A DNA stretch of 63,954 bases, counting the filler, from Conidiobolus incongruus B7586 (Eukaryota), in the NCBI GenBank assembly GCA_000697335.1. It is 10 parts of 10 records of this genome, joined end to end, with 100 filler letters (N's around TTAATTAATTAA, not from the genome) between each part and the next. Parts side by side here need not be neighbours in the genome. Positions count along the whole stretch, not along the records: positions 1 to 1,614 come from JNEM01006698.1; positions 1,715 to 5,729 come from JNEM01006706.1; positions 5,830 to 13,366 come from JNEM01006713.1; 7 more parts are not named here. One strand, given 5' to 3'. The notes beneath the pieces were generated by a model, which was given only the letters and a program-made list of their open reading frames with translations, was not told the origin of the DNA and did not search any database. Position numbers and translations under genes: made by a program. Shown here in pieces: positions 1 through 11,544 of the stretch; position 1 is the first letter of the stretch, and each line of letters starts with the position of its first letter.

Positions 1-1221
1 AGCCTCCTTTATTATTAATAACTCTTTTCTATACCTTTGGTAAGCTTCTAATACCTAAAAAACAGTTCTTTTTATTAAGGACTGAAATTTGATGTTTTAC
101 AAACCAATTTAATTTGTTTGCAGGAATTTTTTTTCTTTCAAGCTGTTTTTTTAATTGTCTAAAACAATTATAATCACATAGATTATAATCAGGTGAATAT
201 ACTGGATGTGGTAACTCCCTCTAATTTTTTTTATATAAAAAATTTTTTACAGCTTTAGCTTTATGTATTTTGCAATTATTATGCAAAATAATAGGTGTCT
301 TTAATTTATATTGAGAACACCATTTAAAAATTGTTTTATTTAAAAAAGTAATATATAACTTACTATTGATTGATTTTCCTTAAGGTATTAAATAAGAAAA
401 CCATATACTATTATAATCTATTACAACAATTAACATTCACTTATATTTAAAGTGCTTATTCATTGGAATTTATAGAAGGGATTAATTTAGCTTAACCCAA
501 CATCTTGTTTTATTTTTAAGTAAAGGATTATATAAAGGAATCTAAGATTCATCAATTACAAGTATTTACTGTAAAAACCTTTGTTTTTAGTTATACCTTA
601 ATAAGTTTAGTTTAGCTATAGCTACTCTAGTTTTCTTTTGGGTTTCTGTTAAATTATAAGGTATCTATTTTACATTTTTATTAATTAATCTAAGTTTAAA
701 CTTAAGTAAATATAACATGCTTGTATAATTAATATTAAATTACTTTGATAATTCTCTAGCAGAAATAAAAGGGTATTTATTAATATATTTTTTTATTTTA
801 TTAATAAGTGAAAGAGTAACAGTAGAAATTAATCTTTTAGATTTTAGTAAATTTTAAATAGTGTCTTTTCTAGCTTTAAAATCACAAATCTAGTGATATA
901 TGGTAGTTTTAAATAAAGCACCATCTCTATAAGCTGTTTGCAAGTTTTAGATGATTTTAGAGGGTTTATGGTTAAGTTTTAAAGATACAAAAATAAAAGC
1001 CTTTTGATAATCACAATTTAGTTTAAGCATGATTAAATTTAAATGTAAATTTTAAAATCAAAATATTTTAATAAAAAAGAATAATTAAAATTGAATATAT
1101 ATATATAGTTTGAAAATATTTATTTTCCTATATATTATATATATATATAATCTTTCAAAATGTATAATATGTTTGAAAGATTAGAAATTAAAAAATTTGC
1201 CATTTCTTAATTTCTATACTA
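1..1221 (-). mobile_element. Degenerate mariner (DD34D) transposon, subfamily A; transposase relic ~1030->1, truncated by window start
   Basis: Minus-strand translation from ATG at 1030: HTH-like LQTAYRDGALFKTTIYH*ICDFK, then ILVIDES*IPLYNP, IILHNNCKIH and LPHPVYSPDYNLCDY. These are mariner motifs with a D2-D3 spacing of 34. Many TGG>TAG and CAA>TAA stops. Confidence 0.9.
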
Positions 1222-1228
1222 ATATATT

Positions 1229-1614
1229 ACCTCAGATTTAAAAAATGGGAAATTTTTTGATTTCATATTTTTCAAACATATTATTAGTTTCAAAAGATAA
1301 AATATATATATAATAGGTAGGAAAGTATAGTTTCAAAATATATATATATATATATATATAATAACTTCTCTGATTAAAAAATTAATTTTCAAATTTATTG
1401 TTTAATTTAATTATAATATATTAAATAATAATTATAAAATATTATATTTTAATATTAGTTAAACTTAACTATAGATCCTTTGAAAATATTTAAAATTTAC
1501 AAGACACTTTTAATAGTGAAGTATTATTTAAATCAACTATTTATTGATTGGTAAATTATTTGAAATATTAAGAAAATTTATTTAAAACCAATTTTATTTT
1601 AAAATTATTAATAA
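1229..1614 (+). mobile_element. 5' part of a second, diverged mariner relic, head-to-head with the first and cut by a gap
   Basis: Begins with TIR-like CCTCAGATTTAAAAAATGGGAAATTTT after TA. Then resembles the 5' region of the copies at 21151 and 49725 (AAACTTAACTAT...TTTAAAATTTAC...). Confidence 0.7.
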
Positions 1615-1714
1615 NNNNNNNNNNNNNNNNNNNNNNNNNNNNNNNNNNNNNNNNNNNNTTAATTAATTAANNNNNNNNNNNNNNNNNNNNNNNNNNNNNN
1701 NNNNNNNNNNNNNN
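1615..1714. other. Artificial scaffold gap linker
   Basis: N44-TTAATTAATTAA-N44 (stops in all six frames), identical at nine places. Confidence 0.97.
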
Positions 1715-1845
1715 AAATTAAAATATATAATTTACAAATATTAATTTTCCTATATATTATATATTTATATATAATCTTTCAAAATATATAACATGTTTGA
1801 AAAATCAAAAAATAAAAATTTATTATTTTTTAATTTTTATACTAA
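1715..1845 (-). mobile_element. Mariner left-end fragment
   Basis: Closely matches 1100-1221 (TTTTCCTATATATTATAT...TCTTTCAAAA...ATGTTTGAAA...TATACTAATA). Confidence 0.65.
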
Positions 1846-3585
1846 TAATAAATTAGTTTTGGGATCTATATCTAATTTCCAATAAAAATATTTTATAACA
1901 ATTAATAATATAAAATATAATGTTAATAGAATATTGATAATAAGAATATTACTTAATATTGTAACAAAAAATATAAATATAAAGTTGCTTATATAATATT
2001 TTAATTTATATATAATGTCTTTTATATAATAAAGTATAAGCTTGATTTACTTGAAATATTTAAATTAATTTTATCACTTAATTTAATATTTTTAATCATT
2101 AATAAAAATAAAATTAGTTCAAGAGATATATATAAAAATAAATAATCAAGGATAATATGTAATATGGAATTCCTTAAAATTATGGATAGTGATGTTACAA
2201 TTTTAGCTTGCAATGATTACCAATATAGTTAAATATTTCTTCAAAAAACTCTATAACACAGAATTGATCAAAATATCCCAACTTTTGTTTAACCTTGTAT
2301 AAATGGAAAAATTTGTATCATTATTTTTGCCCAAGAGATTTCTAAAATTGAAAAACTAATTAATTATTTAATATAAGCATTTTTAAAAGGTTATTAAAAT
2401 ATAATCTAATATATTCCATAAAAATTTACATGCAGATATCTACAAATATAAATTTCTGATCAAAAAATATCTTTTAGAATGACGATTATTATTTTATAAA
2501 TAGCAATATATATTCTTATGTAAAAATAATTTGAAACTATTTGCAAATCAATAAAGATATTGAAAATTGTGTATTGGATAATAATGATAATAAATCAAGT
2601 GTTTTATATATTGATCAAAAAATCATATTAAGGTATATATAAATATTAATTATTATTGCGTGAATGATTTTAATCAAAGACCAAAAGTGAATTTAATAAT
2701 CAAAGTCAGTACTAGGTCAAGATTTATTTGAGGGAAGATAAAGTCATATTTTACAATATTTTTTAAACTATTTGAGATTTGATGTAGTATATTGATGTTT
2801 ATATTACATCAGAAAAATATTTGATTCTTTATAATCAATTTAACAGTTAGTTCAAAATATTCAAATAAGGATATCTAATATAATAAGTAAACAATAGCAA
2901 TATAAATAAATATTATTCAATATTATAATTATGCATTGATAATTATATAATATTAAACTATGGTCATTAAGCATTGTGTACTAATTTGTATTATTTAAAA
3001 ACGTTTCAAGTTGAATAATGATAAAGTGTTGGTAACCAAACTATTATTATTGAATGGGAATTTCACATTGAAATCATATCCACTGAATATGCTATTAGCG
3101 ACTGTTATCTCATAAAATACTGTTTGTTGTTCTATCTTTTCCTTTTTATCTCATAAATTTTTCTATTCTATTTACTAATTGAAAACGTTGTACCTTATCA
3201 GCATATCATTGGATAATCCAACTCATAATTTGTATTTTTTAATAATTTATTACACACACAATTAGAATGGCAATAAAGCAGAAAGAGTGAATAACTTTAT
3301 TCCCATATGATTTCAAGATATAAAGGATAAGTACTTGATTAATCTATCAGGATAAATCGCTTATTAAACTTGTCAACAGTTATTTCAATTGGCTACTTTA
3401 ATCTGCAATACAAGTTATTATACCAAAATCATTTAGAGTTAAATCCAGTAAATTATTTTTTCAGATTGAACAATACATAACGATTATATTACAGCATATG
3501 TTTTGATTTAATTAGTTTTAACCAAAATTTCACTCAATATCTATTCTGAATGTTTTATATTTTAATTATTAAACCATCATAGACA

Positions 3586-5083
3586 ATGAATACTTCTCAA
3601 TATAATTTTAATCAATATAACATGAACACAGTTCAACTAAATCCAGAAACGCAATTCGATTTGTCTAATTTAAATGAACTTCATAATCTAAAGAATCTAA
3701 CTAATACTCAGTCCAATAACCCTTCCAATACCATCCAGCTCGAGCCTCCGCAGCACCCTGTTGCTACCACACAACATGAGATCACTTTTACTACACAACA
3801 GCCTCAATTTAACACACCTCAGCTATCTTTTACAACCACAGATTTTACCCAGCTTCTACCAAATGGTGACCACTATTCTTATAATGCTAATTTACCTCAT
3901 TCGAATTCAAATACATCGAATGCCAATGCCATCGATATGAACTGGATCACTAGTTCTGGCTTTATTCAACCACCTCCCACTACTCCTTTAAACCAGGTGG
4001 CAGGAGTTGATATGGAAGATGATGATATGCTATTAACTCCTTTAGTATCTCCTGCTATGAACCCATTTTACGAACAACAACAAAGGCAACAGCAATTTTT
4101 AGCTCATCAAATGAGAATATTCGCTACAAATAACGATCATTTTTCCCCTTTAACGTCTCCTGCTTTAACATTTGCCAAGGACAATAACCTTCCTCCCTTT
4201 TCGGCATGCTTAGATCAGACTTCTACTAATTCCAATAATACCACACAATCTACTGCTTTACCTGTCCCTCTTTCCTTACCGACTCCAGAATCTGGTTTAA
4301 TACGTTCTACTGGTTTGGCTAATACTCAAGAAACAACTGCGTCCACTTCTCAGGTACGAGTGAAAAGATCTCCAAATAAGGCTCGATCCAAAATAACTCC
4401 ATATCAAACTCAATCTGTTTCTAATGAGGCCGCTGACAAACTATTGCTTCCCAGTCTAGCTCCTCCTGCTACCCCATCGTCTTTAATGAAAATGGCTCCT
4501 AACACCTCAAATTTGAAAGCAAATAATACTGCACAGCCTCCTTCTACTGGTCCCAGTCCAAGCTTAAAACCTTTGCTTCCTTCTGGTGCCAATCAAGAAA
4601 TCATCCAAAGGCTATCCAGTAAATCCAACTATCAGAACATCCTCGAAGGTCAAACAGGGTATTATTTTTTTTCATTTTGCTAATTTTACTTTTTCGCTGA
4701 TTATTTTTTAATATAGGCAATTGGGGCTTCATTATAGCCCAGAAGTACACTCAGGAATAGAATTAAGAAGGTTCAGCCATAAAGCAGCTGAGCAAAAACG
4801 CCGAGATATATTGAAAGCTTGTTTCGAAAAACTAAGCACAATAATACCGGGCGATACAGAAAAAGCTCGGAGTAAAGTGTATTTACTTCGTCAATCATAT
4901 GATTATATTCAATATCTTCAACAGCATGCAAATTCCAAAGATGAGATAATTCGAAAACTCAAAGCTAAACTTGGATTGGATGAGGATGATCCTGAGTTTC
5001 CTATTATTCCAGATACCTGGAAACCGTCAGAAAAGGATTATAAGGCAGAGAACGACATGAAAGTTGATGAAGGTCCAAACTAA
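3586..5083 (+). CDS. PHO4: bHLH transcription factor, Pho4/NUC-1/PalcA-like phosphate regulator; exons 3586-4658 and 4717-5083
   Basis: Removing the GT-AG intron 4659-4716 joins SKSNYQNILEGQTG to QLGLHY...RRFSHKAAEQKRRD (bHLH basic region). The SKSNYQNILEG block before the bHLH and FSPLTSPAL are hallmarks of filamentous-fungal NUC-1/PalcA orthologs. Confidence 0.75.
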
Positions 5084-5729
5084 CAAAATTGAAAGTTTTT
5101 GGACATTTTATTATCACTTATCAATAATGATGATTTGTTCATTGTTTATGTTATTGATATCATATACCTATTTAATCATATTGCATTTTCTTATTTAATT
5201 ATATAATATATATACCCTTCTAATCTTTAATTTATAATTTATTTGTTTAATTCATCTCACTCTTTCAGGTCAATTTAACTTATTTATTTTATCACCATTT
5301 TTAATAAAATCAGCAAGGTTAAGAGAAAATATTATTTTATTGTCAAAAATTTTTATTCATTGAATATTTTAAAGTTGACGGTTAACTCATTTATACATTA
5401 CTAAATTAATATTTCAAACTCCAAATATCATTTTTATTTTAATATATTTCAATTAAACAATGTATCAAAAAATTTTAAATCAATTAATTTAATTTCATTT
5501 AAACCCTAAATACTTGTTAAATCACAATAAATCCATTCAAACTGGATTAATATTCTTAACTTATTAAAAAATATATTGAAATATAAAAATAACTAAAAAA
5601 GAATTGTATTTAATAAATAAATATATATAAATATATCTGAATAAATTAATTATTTTAGATTATTTAATATATTTTATAATATAACCTTGTTAATAATATT
5701 ATCTTAAATTAATTTAATATTTAATATAA

Positions 5730-5829
5730 NNNNNNNNNNNNNNNNNNNNNNNNNNNNNNNNNNNNNNNNNNNNTTAATTAATTAANNNNNNNNNNNNNNN
5801 NNNNNNNNNNNNNNNNNNNNNNNNNNNNN
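5730..5829. other. Artificial scaffold gap linker
   Basis: N44-TTAATTAATTAA-N44. Confidence 0.97.
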
Positions 5830-6184
5830 ATAATATTAAAATTTGAATAATATTATATAATCTGATAAAATATACTCTTAATGAAAATACTATATTTATA
5901 AAGAATTAATATATTTAATATAATAATATTATCAAATTCATTTTTAACTAAGTATTTAGAATTTGAAATATTTCATTACAATTCTAATCGATATGTTATT
6001 TGATAAATTAAATAGAAATTGATATTGTCTATATTATTAACCTAAAATAATTCAATTATATCCTTGAATATAATGGATATTCTAGAATTTATTATTTTAA
6101 TGTGAAATTAAAATTAATTATTAAATATTAATTAAATATATCAAATGAACTGAACTAATTTTTCATGTTAAATAGTGAAACTTA

Positions 6185-7110
6185 CACCATTTGGATATTC
6201 AACAAAACTATTTAAATTACTTTACTCTGCTTTTGGTAAGCAACTCGTAACATTAAAATTCGAGTGTTAATTTGAACAGATGAAGTGAGAACCATGGCAG
6301 AGGTGAAACTGACTTTCAAAATTGTATACAATTGATCGAATACACTAGTGCAAAGTGAACTATATCCATTATTCACTTCAATGTGAGTTTCTCTGAGTAA
6401 TTCCATTGAATCATCTGAATGGTCATTCCACTCAACATCAGCATTGCCATCATCAGAGATTACATCAACAATTTGATTTATACAAACAGAAGCAATTTTT
6501 GGCATTTCCAAGTTCTCTCAGTGATCTAGTAAAATTATTGATTCTTTGCATTTTTAAATAAGATTGTCAATATCTTTAAATTGGATGTAACTGAATCTAT
6601 AATCACTATGCCAATAGACTGACTATTCAGGAATTAAGGGAGCAAGCTGTCTATGACATGATCTTTTTTCAACTGAATTTGCATATATTATATGAACACT
6701 TGAACAGAGTCAGACGAATCATATTTCTTTCCTAAATTTATATTACTGACTTATATCTTTGAATAAAATATTCCACAATTTTGAATAATCTCCGAACTAA
6801 AAACAATTTATTTGTAGAAATAGGTACGCAACCTAATAAGCAGAATTCAGGTTAATTTAATTTATTTCATTTTGATATCAAATATTCTTAAACAACCAAT
6901 TGATAATGGTAATTGCCACTCAAGACATATTTGAAAAACAAATTGCGTTTTACCTAATGAGCTATAATGTGCCATTTGTAATTTAAACGTAATTTATCAA
7001 TAAATAGGTTATAAAAATTTCGCCAAATATTCTAATCAAGCCATAATTAGGAATACCTCCTATGAGCAAATGATCAAAAACTTCAAACCAGTGGAAAGCT
7101 AACGAGGGTT
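6185..7110 (-). pseudogene. RAD57: RAD57/XRCC3-like Rad51-paralog pseudogene
   Basis: Collinear minus-strand blocks: LSTG/EVFDHLLIGGIPNYGLIRIFGE, SLGKTQFVFQICLEWQLPLSIGCL (Walker A), GCVPISTNKLFLVRRLFKI, LLP*FLNSQSIGIVIIDSV (Walker B), VCINQIVD and SAMVLTSSVQINTRILMLR. Lesions are a frameshift after STG, an in-frame TAA and a lost splice donor after FGE. Confidence 0.8.
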
Positions 7111-7599
7111 TTTCAAAAAATCAAAAAAATTATATTGATTGTTAACATGATAAGATTATTTAGCAAATTGATGAATATCGGTGTACATAGGTTATTTTAA
7201 GCTCATGTAATTGAATATTTCATATATGTCTATTAAACAAAACCCGAATTGGAGCAATATAATAACCATATGGTAATAATAGAAATATAGTATTATTTGT
7301 TGACAGAAAGCTGTTATAAATATGAATAATTTTTGTAACTTGGCTGACTTTAATATATTTGAATTGATATATTTTTCGATTTGAATGTTTTTCTATTAGT
7401 TTACAGAGTGAAATATTCAGACTTAAAATTTGAATCATTAATAATATTCCATATGTAATTATCCTATAAAATTCAATTCCTGTATTTTGATCTACCATTA
7501 TCAAATTGTAGTCTATTGTTATAAAATAATTTGCTAAAGACTTTCATGTTAATTTTTATTAGTGTAAAGTATGTATTTTGATTTTTTTATTCTTTTAAA

Positions 7600-8210
7600 T
7601 TCTGGTAAAAAATGAAAATAATATTATTGCAGTACCAGTTGCTAGAAATAAGTAAAATAAATAGCTGAAGGAAGGTAAACTAACTCCAGTAAATGACAGT
7701 ACTAGATTGAAGGCTGTATTAAGAGAATGAAAGGATCCTTTTGTCTTGGGAGAGGTTTTTTGACGTCCCTTGGTTAAATCTATGATATTAATTTTTTTAA
7801 AGCCCATTGATTGGCTAATATAACTGATCAAACCCAAAGAAGGAAGCAATTTGACCAGTTAGCATCAAGCAGGAGTAAAGAAATAAAACAGTACTAAGTA
7901 AGAATAAAAGAGGTTGGATTGTTACCTACTAGCTTAATGTCTGTTGCTATTTAAGCTAGTTTTTATCAATAAATATTTTGACTGTTAATTTGTAGGAACT
8001 TTATCCCTGATCCTTCTTTAATAATAATATCAAATATTTAAATGTTCATTAGATCAAGGGTACAATATGGGGCAGCTAAAGACAATGTTTAAAGCTGAGG
8101 TAATTTTTCTAGATAATAAAGCATTTAAAATAGAGTGATATGCTTTCTGAGGTAGTATCTCTATAAGGAAATAATTATCATGGCAAAGATGCTTGGACAA
8201 CTTACCATCT
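7600..8210 (+). mobile_element. Possible decayed non-LTR retrotransposon (RT C-terminal) fragment
   Basis: Locally higher GC. A stop-riddled frame contains MFIRSRVQYGAA...SI*NRVICFL, resembling the LINE post-RT 'FIRPxLEYG...lQNxxlR' segment. No YADD core seen. Confidence 0.3.
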
Positions 8211-9734
8211 AATTAACCACAATATAAAAAAATTTATTTCGATATTAGTGATATATAGACAATGAAATGAAAAACTTCAATTATATCCAGGTTTGATTAT
8301 GTTAAAAATTAGATATTAAATTATCATTCAAATATATTTAAAGTATAAATACATAGATGATTATTCAGTCTTTATTGAATCTGTTAAAATACTAGTATAC
8401 ATATCAACGAAGTAGATGATTTTATTTGAAATATTTATATTCACAAAAATATATTTGTATACAATCTTCTTAATTACTATTATATCTATATATATTGTAG
8501 ATTTTTAATTTTTACACTATATATCTCATTTATAAGTAAACATGAAAAACTATCAATATAATAATCAGGATTTTTAATCAATTGTTAAAATAATTAGTTA
8601 TCTTGAAATATTTCAATGATTATATCTTAACTTTATACATTAGATAAATATAGATGGTTAACTTACATATTCCAAGTATTTAAACCAACATTGAAGATTA
8701 TATTATCCTGACTATTTTTAATAATATAATAATAATATTCATGATTCATTGATTATATTAATAAATTTCTAATTATTGATATGTTATTTAATTATGATTG
8801 GTCAATATATTTAATTCAGGCAATTATTTCTCGATTAAAATATATAATATTATTATATATTTTAATAACGTTTAATTTCTTTTAATTTACTAATATTCAA
8901 TACTTTCTTTCCTTATAATAATACTTAAAAATAAAGGAATTTTGGAATGTAAAACTGGAAAATTGAAAATTATATTTTTTTATTTGAATGGAATATAAAA
9001 GCATTCCCTTATATTATTTAGATGTATTGCAACACATAACAATTTAAAATCACAATATCGAAAATATTTAATTAAAATATCTAAGATTTTATAGAAATGT
9101 TATATTAAAAACATTGTTAATTTAAATTGAATATTTAGAAATAAACATTCTTCTCATTTTTCAGGAATTAAGATTCAGGATATTTGTATAATCGTAGGTT
9201 AATCAAATTCTGGGAATCTTAAGGTGTATTATCGTTTGCATTGTCTATGAAGATTTAAGATTGGTTGATATTGCTCAAATTCGTTTTTTGTCTAATATTG
9301 AATAATACAAATAACCTATCTCAACTTTAACCAATTACAATATTACTATTGATATATCTAGGCATAAGAATTTTAATGTATATTTAATTTGAATTTAAAA
9401 ATTAACTCAAATAGAGATTTTATAATAATTATTCACATTATAAAGTGAATATGGTATTTGCTGGGACTAGTTTTAATGATTTTAAAAGATTTTTTTTTAA
9501 ATTTATTGCTAATTGAATCTTAGAGTGATACTAACAATGGCAGAAAATTTACAATTTATGCTATTTATTTAATATACAGAAACTTGAGAAAATAGAATAT
9601 AATCAAATTAGTGATAAGTAAATTATCAATAATAGTGGAAAGTAACCTAAATTGGTGAGTCATTTGCAAAGAAGGGAAAGCAGTACAAATGGTAATTAAG
9701 TGAGATAGCATACAATGAATATGTGAAGTATGAT

Positions 9735-10824
9735 TCATTGTTTATCCTTATGTAATAGTTCTGAACATTCTCTACAATACCATTTGCCTTTGGGTTGGGA
9801 TCTAAGATCCACACATGGATAGTGGAACCATTCAATCTCACACTAGAAAAATGAATTAATTATAAAATCTTAAATAATAAATATCTTAAATTTACATCAG
9901 GTCCATCACAAGCAACCATTTCACCATATGATATTTGCTTACAATAGCAATATGTTACTTCGTCTGAATTAACACTATCCGCACGTTGTTCTCTAAATTA
10001 AAAATTAATAACAGGATGTGAAATATAGATGATAAGCTTTGAAAGTACCTAGTCCTCTTTAAACTAGTTGAGGAATGGACAGGGCTCATTTGTTCATCTT
10101 CAAGATCATTGTCATCAGAACTAGTCGAATCATGGTTAACAATCTTTCTGGATTGTCTATGGGATTTGGATGCTATTTCAAAAGTTAGAGGATATTTCAG
10201 AAACTAAATATTAATTTACTTGATAGATGAGATAATTCCATTTGGAGAGAATGATTGCTTGTCAAAGTGGTATCAGAATCATCAGAACTGGGTGGATCAG
10301 AAGTTAGAATATTGTCCTGTAAAAGATAATCGAGTTTTGTTTGATTGAGCCCAAAATTAAGGTCGTTTACCTATTTTATCTGGATTAAAAACACGATTTT
10401 TTTAGAAATTAGGAATACTTACTAAATCTAAGCTCTCTTGTGAGATGTTAAGTTTGTCATGAGTGGACCTACTAAGGGATTGTAAAGTTTCGATAATACT
10501 GTTTAATCTAGTTAAGGATTCACTTTCGCTATCACTGCCGTACTTATCCATGAATTCTTTCATACTTTTTAAAACTTCTGATTTTTGGCCTAAACCATAA
10601 TTTATTAAACCAAGCATTTTTAATAAATGTAAAAATATTACAAGAATAATCTAGATTCCATTTTTCTATTTGTTTTAATTTGGCTTTGAAAGAGGAATCA
10701 AATTGTTTGGTTTCTAAATTGAAAAATTAGAGACGTTATTTTCTGAACATAAAATGTAATGTATGAACTTAAATATTAATAACTAATAAAGCGATATACC
10801 TTTATCATTTGTAATATCTGTCAT
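9735..10824 (-). CDS. ING-family PHD finger protein (Yng/Pho23-like H3K4me3 reader), multi-exon
   Basis: Spliced C-terminus TYCYCKQISYGEMVACDGPD|CEIEWFHYPCVDLRSQPKGKWYCREC is a canonical ING PHD. N-terminal helical segment (HDKLNISQESLDL|VNDL) resembles the ING coiled coil. In-phase GT-AG introns in the 5' part lead back to ATG 10824; stop TGA at 9735-9737. Confidence 0.88.
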
Positions 10825-11301
10825 AGTGCTTAAAAATAAGTAATATTATTATGAATTAGAGCAATTGAATTATTTTAAACAAGTTGATTAAATTAATAAT
10901 TGTAACTTGGCTTTATTTTCATAAATAATGACCTTAATAATACAAGTTAATAATTATGGGATCATTCGATTAAGTATTTAAGAAATTAGGGTAGTTAAAA
11001 TATATTTGAGTAGAGTGGAGAATATATAAAAATATTGAAAATAATCCTATATAAATATATTATAATTTGTATTTTAAAGATTAACAATACTAAAATTTTC
11101 ACGAGTATAATGAGTAATTGGAGCTGAATACGGCAACCGAATTAATTGAAGTTGGAGTGAATTTATCCTTTTCCATTAATATATTAACTCTATCCTCAAA
11201 GCTTATAAATGTGAGTGTATTTTATTATGATAATGTACAAAGTCTTCAAGTTATTAGTTGAATAGAAGAGTTAAAAAGAAAATGAAATACCGGGAGTGGG
11301 G

Positions 11302-11544
11302 TTAGAGCAAGAAGGAAGACAATAGCACAAGAATGCTTAATGCAGTAGTGGGGTTCCAAATAGCAGAATCTTCTTCAGTCTCTTCTTGTTCAACAAGGGG
11401 GTGAACAGGTAGGACTTGAGTATCTTTATCTGATTCTTTGGCTAGAGAGAGTAGAGATTCTGAGGAATGAGTCCATTCGATAGCATTGTCTAATCTCATA
11501 AAGCTGTTGGAACGACTGAGTTCAGCACCTTCCAGAGTATACAT
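11302..11544 (-). CDS. 80-aa hypothetical protein with C-terminal hydrophobic tail
   Basis: GC-elevated ORF in an AT-rich background, good start context (TTCAACATG), upstream TATAAAA. Ends in ALSILVLLSSFLL. Confidence 0.6.
   Translation of the reverse strand: MYTLEGAELSRSNSFMRLDNAIEWTHSSESLLSLAKESDKDTQVLPVHPLVEQEETEEDSAIWNPTTALSILVLLSSFLL

Noticed and set aside
2022..2213. Short I/L/F/Y/K/N-rich ORFs (2022, 7220, 7595, 35762, 39417, 52752, 55853)
   Set aside because: Composition reflects AT-rich non-coding or decayed DNA, several start at non-ATG codons, and none has a recognisable domain.
9647..9841. 64-aa ORF from the track
   Set aside because: Wrong frame; the real last exon here encodes the ING PHD C-terminal half ending at 9735.
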